A DNA stretch of 64,000 nt from Mustelus asterias (taxonomy: Eukaryota): assembly GCF_964213995.1 (NCBI RefSeq), contig NC_135813.1, forward strand, positions 4,092,001-4,156,000, written 5' to 3'. The notes below the pieces were generated by a model. The model was not told the origin of the DNA. It saw only the letters and a list, made by a program, of their open reading frames with translations, and made no database searches. The position numbers were made by a program, and so were the translations under genes. This document shows positions 62,631 to 64,000 of the stretch, one piece after another (the stretch's first letter is position 1; every line of letters begins with the position of its first letter).

Positions 62631-63410
62631 TATTTGTTTGGGGTCTCCTAGGTAAAGGCCTTGCACACCAGTGCATCAATCCACCAGAGCCACTACTGAT
62701 AAGATTACATTGTAAGCAAATCTCACCAAATATGGGACACATTCACTATTAATGGTTGCAAGGACTTGTTCAACTGCTTGTGGAGACTGAAGAGCTATAT
62801 TTCCCCACTCATTCTGTTCTGAATTTCAAGCTACAGAAAGGTTAAAGAACAGAATAAACATTAAAACTAAGGAATAGCTCTGCAGAACGGCAAAGCAATT
62901 AAAGATATGGTTAAAACACAGAGGAGAAAGGAACAGAAGAGACACAGTAAGCATCAAGGGAGACAAGGAAGCTTTTAAATTAAATTGAATTGAATTATTG
63001 AAACCAAAACTAAAATTAAAAAAAGGTGCTAGCTGGAGGCACGTGGATGACACCAATTTGCAATCAACATATTCTGCATTTTGGCTAAATCTTTACATTT
63101 AGCACGCGGGGCGTTTCCAAGAGACCTTACCCATCCCGACTTATTGCAGACCAAGAGTGAACTTGCATAAATTTTACGGCAAAATAAACTTGTTAAAAAA
63201 GCTGGTGACAATAATTTGCAGGTTATGGATACAAGAATATATGATTGCACAAAGAAAACATTAAATATTACAAATGCACAGCAGGTTAGGGAGTGCCTGG
63301 AAGGTTTGGATGAGATATCTCCAGTCAAATGGCAAACTATCTTGCTCTTTGAGGCAATGATTAAATGGCTACGTGACTCTAGCAATTTCGCAGAAAGCTT
63401 TTCTGTCTAC

Positions 63411-63498
63411 CTTATGTCTCTGTGTCCTGCGATGCTCAATAACATTCCCTCTGAAGTGGGCCTGACAGGTGCTGCACCATCTGGGCCGTTTCTTGTCA
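63411..63498 (-). CDS. CIZ1: CIZ1 exon, C2H2 zinc finger (gene continues beyond the window)
   Basis: cttacag|DKKRPRWCSTCQAHFRGNVIEHRRTQRHK|gtagac; 88 bp; not in the ORF track. Confidence 0.93.
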
Positions 63499-63904
63499 CT
63501 GTAAGATAATCATCGGTTATTTAGAACTGGCCTTGGATTTTATCTCACCTCTCCTCCTCCTCCCACTTGCCATAAAAAGGCGTTTGGCTTTCTCCTCTCC
63601 ATCACGCAGATTAAGTCAAGAATTTATCTGCATACCTCAGGTCATATCTCTTTGGAAACAGTTAGGAAACCCTCCTCTCCCATCTATTCTGCAATTCAAC
63701 AGATAATGGCTGATCAGGTCTCACCACTAATTATCTGTCCATGCTCCATATCCATTAATATCCTTCCCCAATAAAATCTACCAGTCTCAGTCTTGAAAAT
63801 TTCATCTGACCCCAGCTAGACTTTGTGGGAAAGAATTCAAAATTTCCACTACCCTATGAAAAGTTACTTCTAGATTTCCCTTCTAAATGGCTTAACTCAT
63901 GTTC

Positions 63905-64000
63905 GGTGACACAGTGATTAGCACTGCCACCTCACAGTGCCAGGGACCCGGGTTCGATTCCCGGCTTGGGTCACTGCCTGTGCGGAGTCTGCACATTCTC
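63905..64000 (+). mobile_element. HE1/V-SINE 5' part, cut by the window edge
   Basis: cacagtgattagcactgcc...gggttcgattcccggcttgggtcac. Confidence 0.85.

Overview
Vertebrate genomic DNA, almost certainly from a shark or other elasmobranch, judging by dense HE1-type SINEs, CR1/HER1 LINEs and Deu-domain SINEs. It is not prokaryotic. Three genes can be rebuilt exon by exon with GT-AG sites and consistent phases. PTGES2 is complete on the minus strand (7 coding exons, 25766->8789, 374 aa). BBLN/C9orf16 is complete on the plus strand (2 exons, 30327->31097, 83 aa). The last six coding exons of CIZ1 lie on the minus strand (63498->41732) and end in an unusually long acidic tail. A CpG-rich promoter and first exon of an unidentified minus-strand gene lie at ~3.2-3.55 kb, with a probable second exon at 366-449. 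The rest is mostly nested transposon debris: CR1, L2, Rex1/Babar, RTE, an L1-type insertion, four SINE types, a Harbinger-like MITE and a decayed pogo/POGK-type transposase. The most striking signal is two families of short Penelope-like fold-back elements carrying minimal type-I hammerhead ribozyme motifs. One family has a compensatory U3-A8 core and 11-16 bp target-site duplications; the other forms a 92-bp hairpin in the probable PTGES2 3'UTR. All family names were recognised by eye and no database searches were run.
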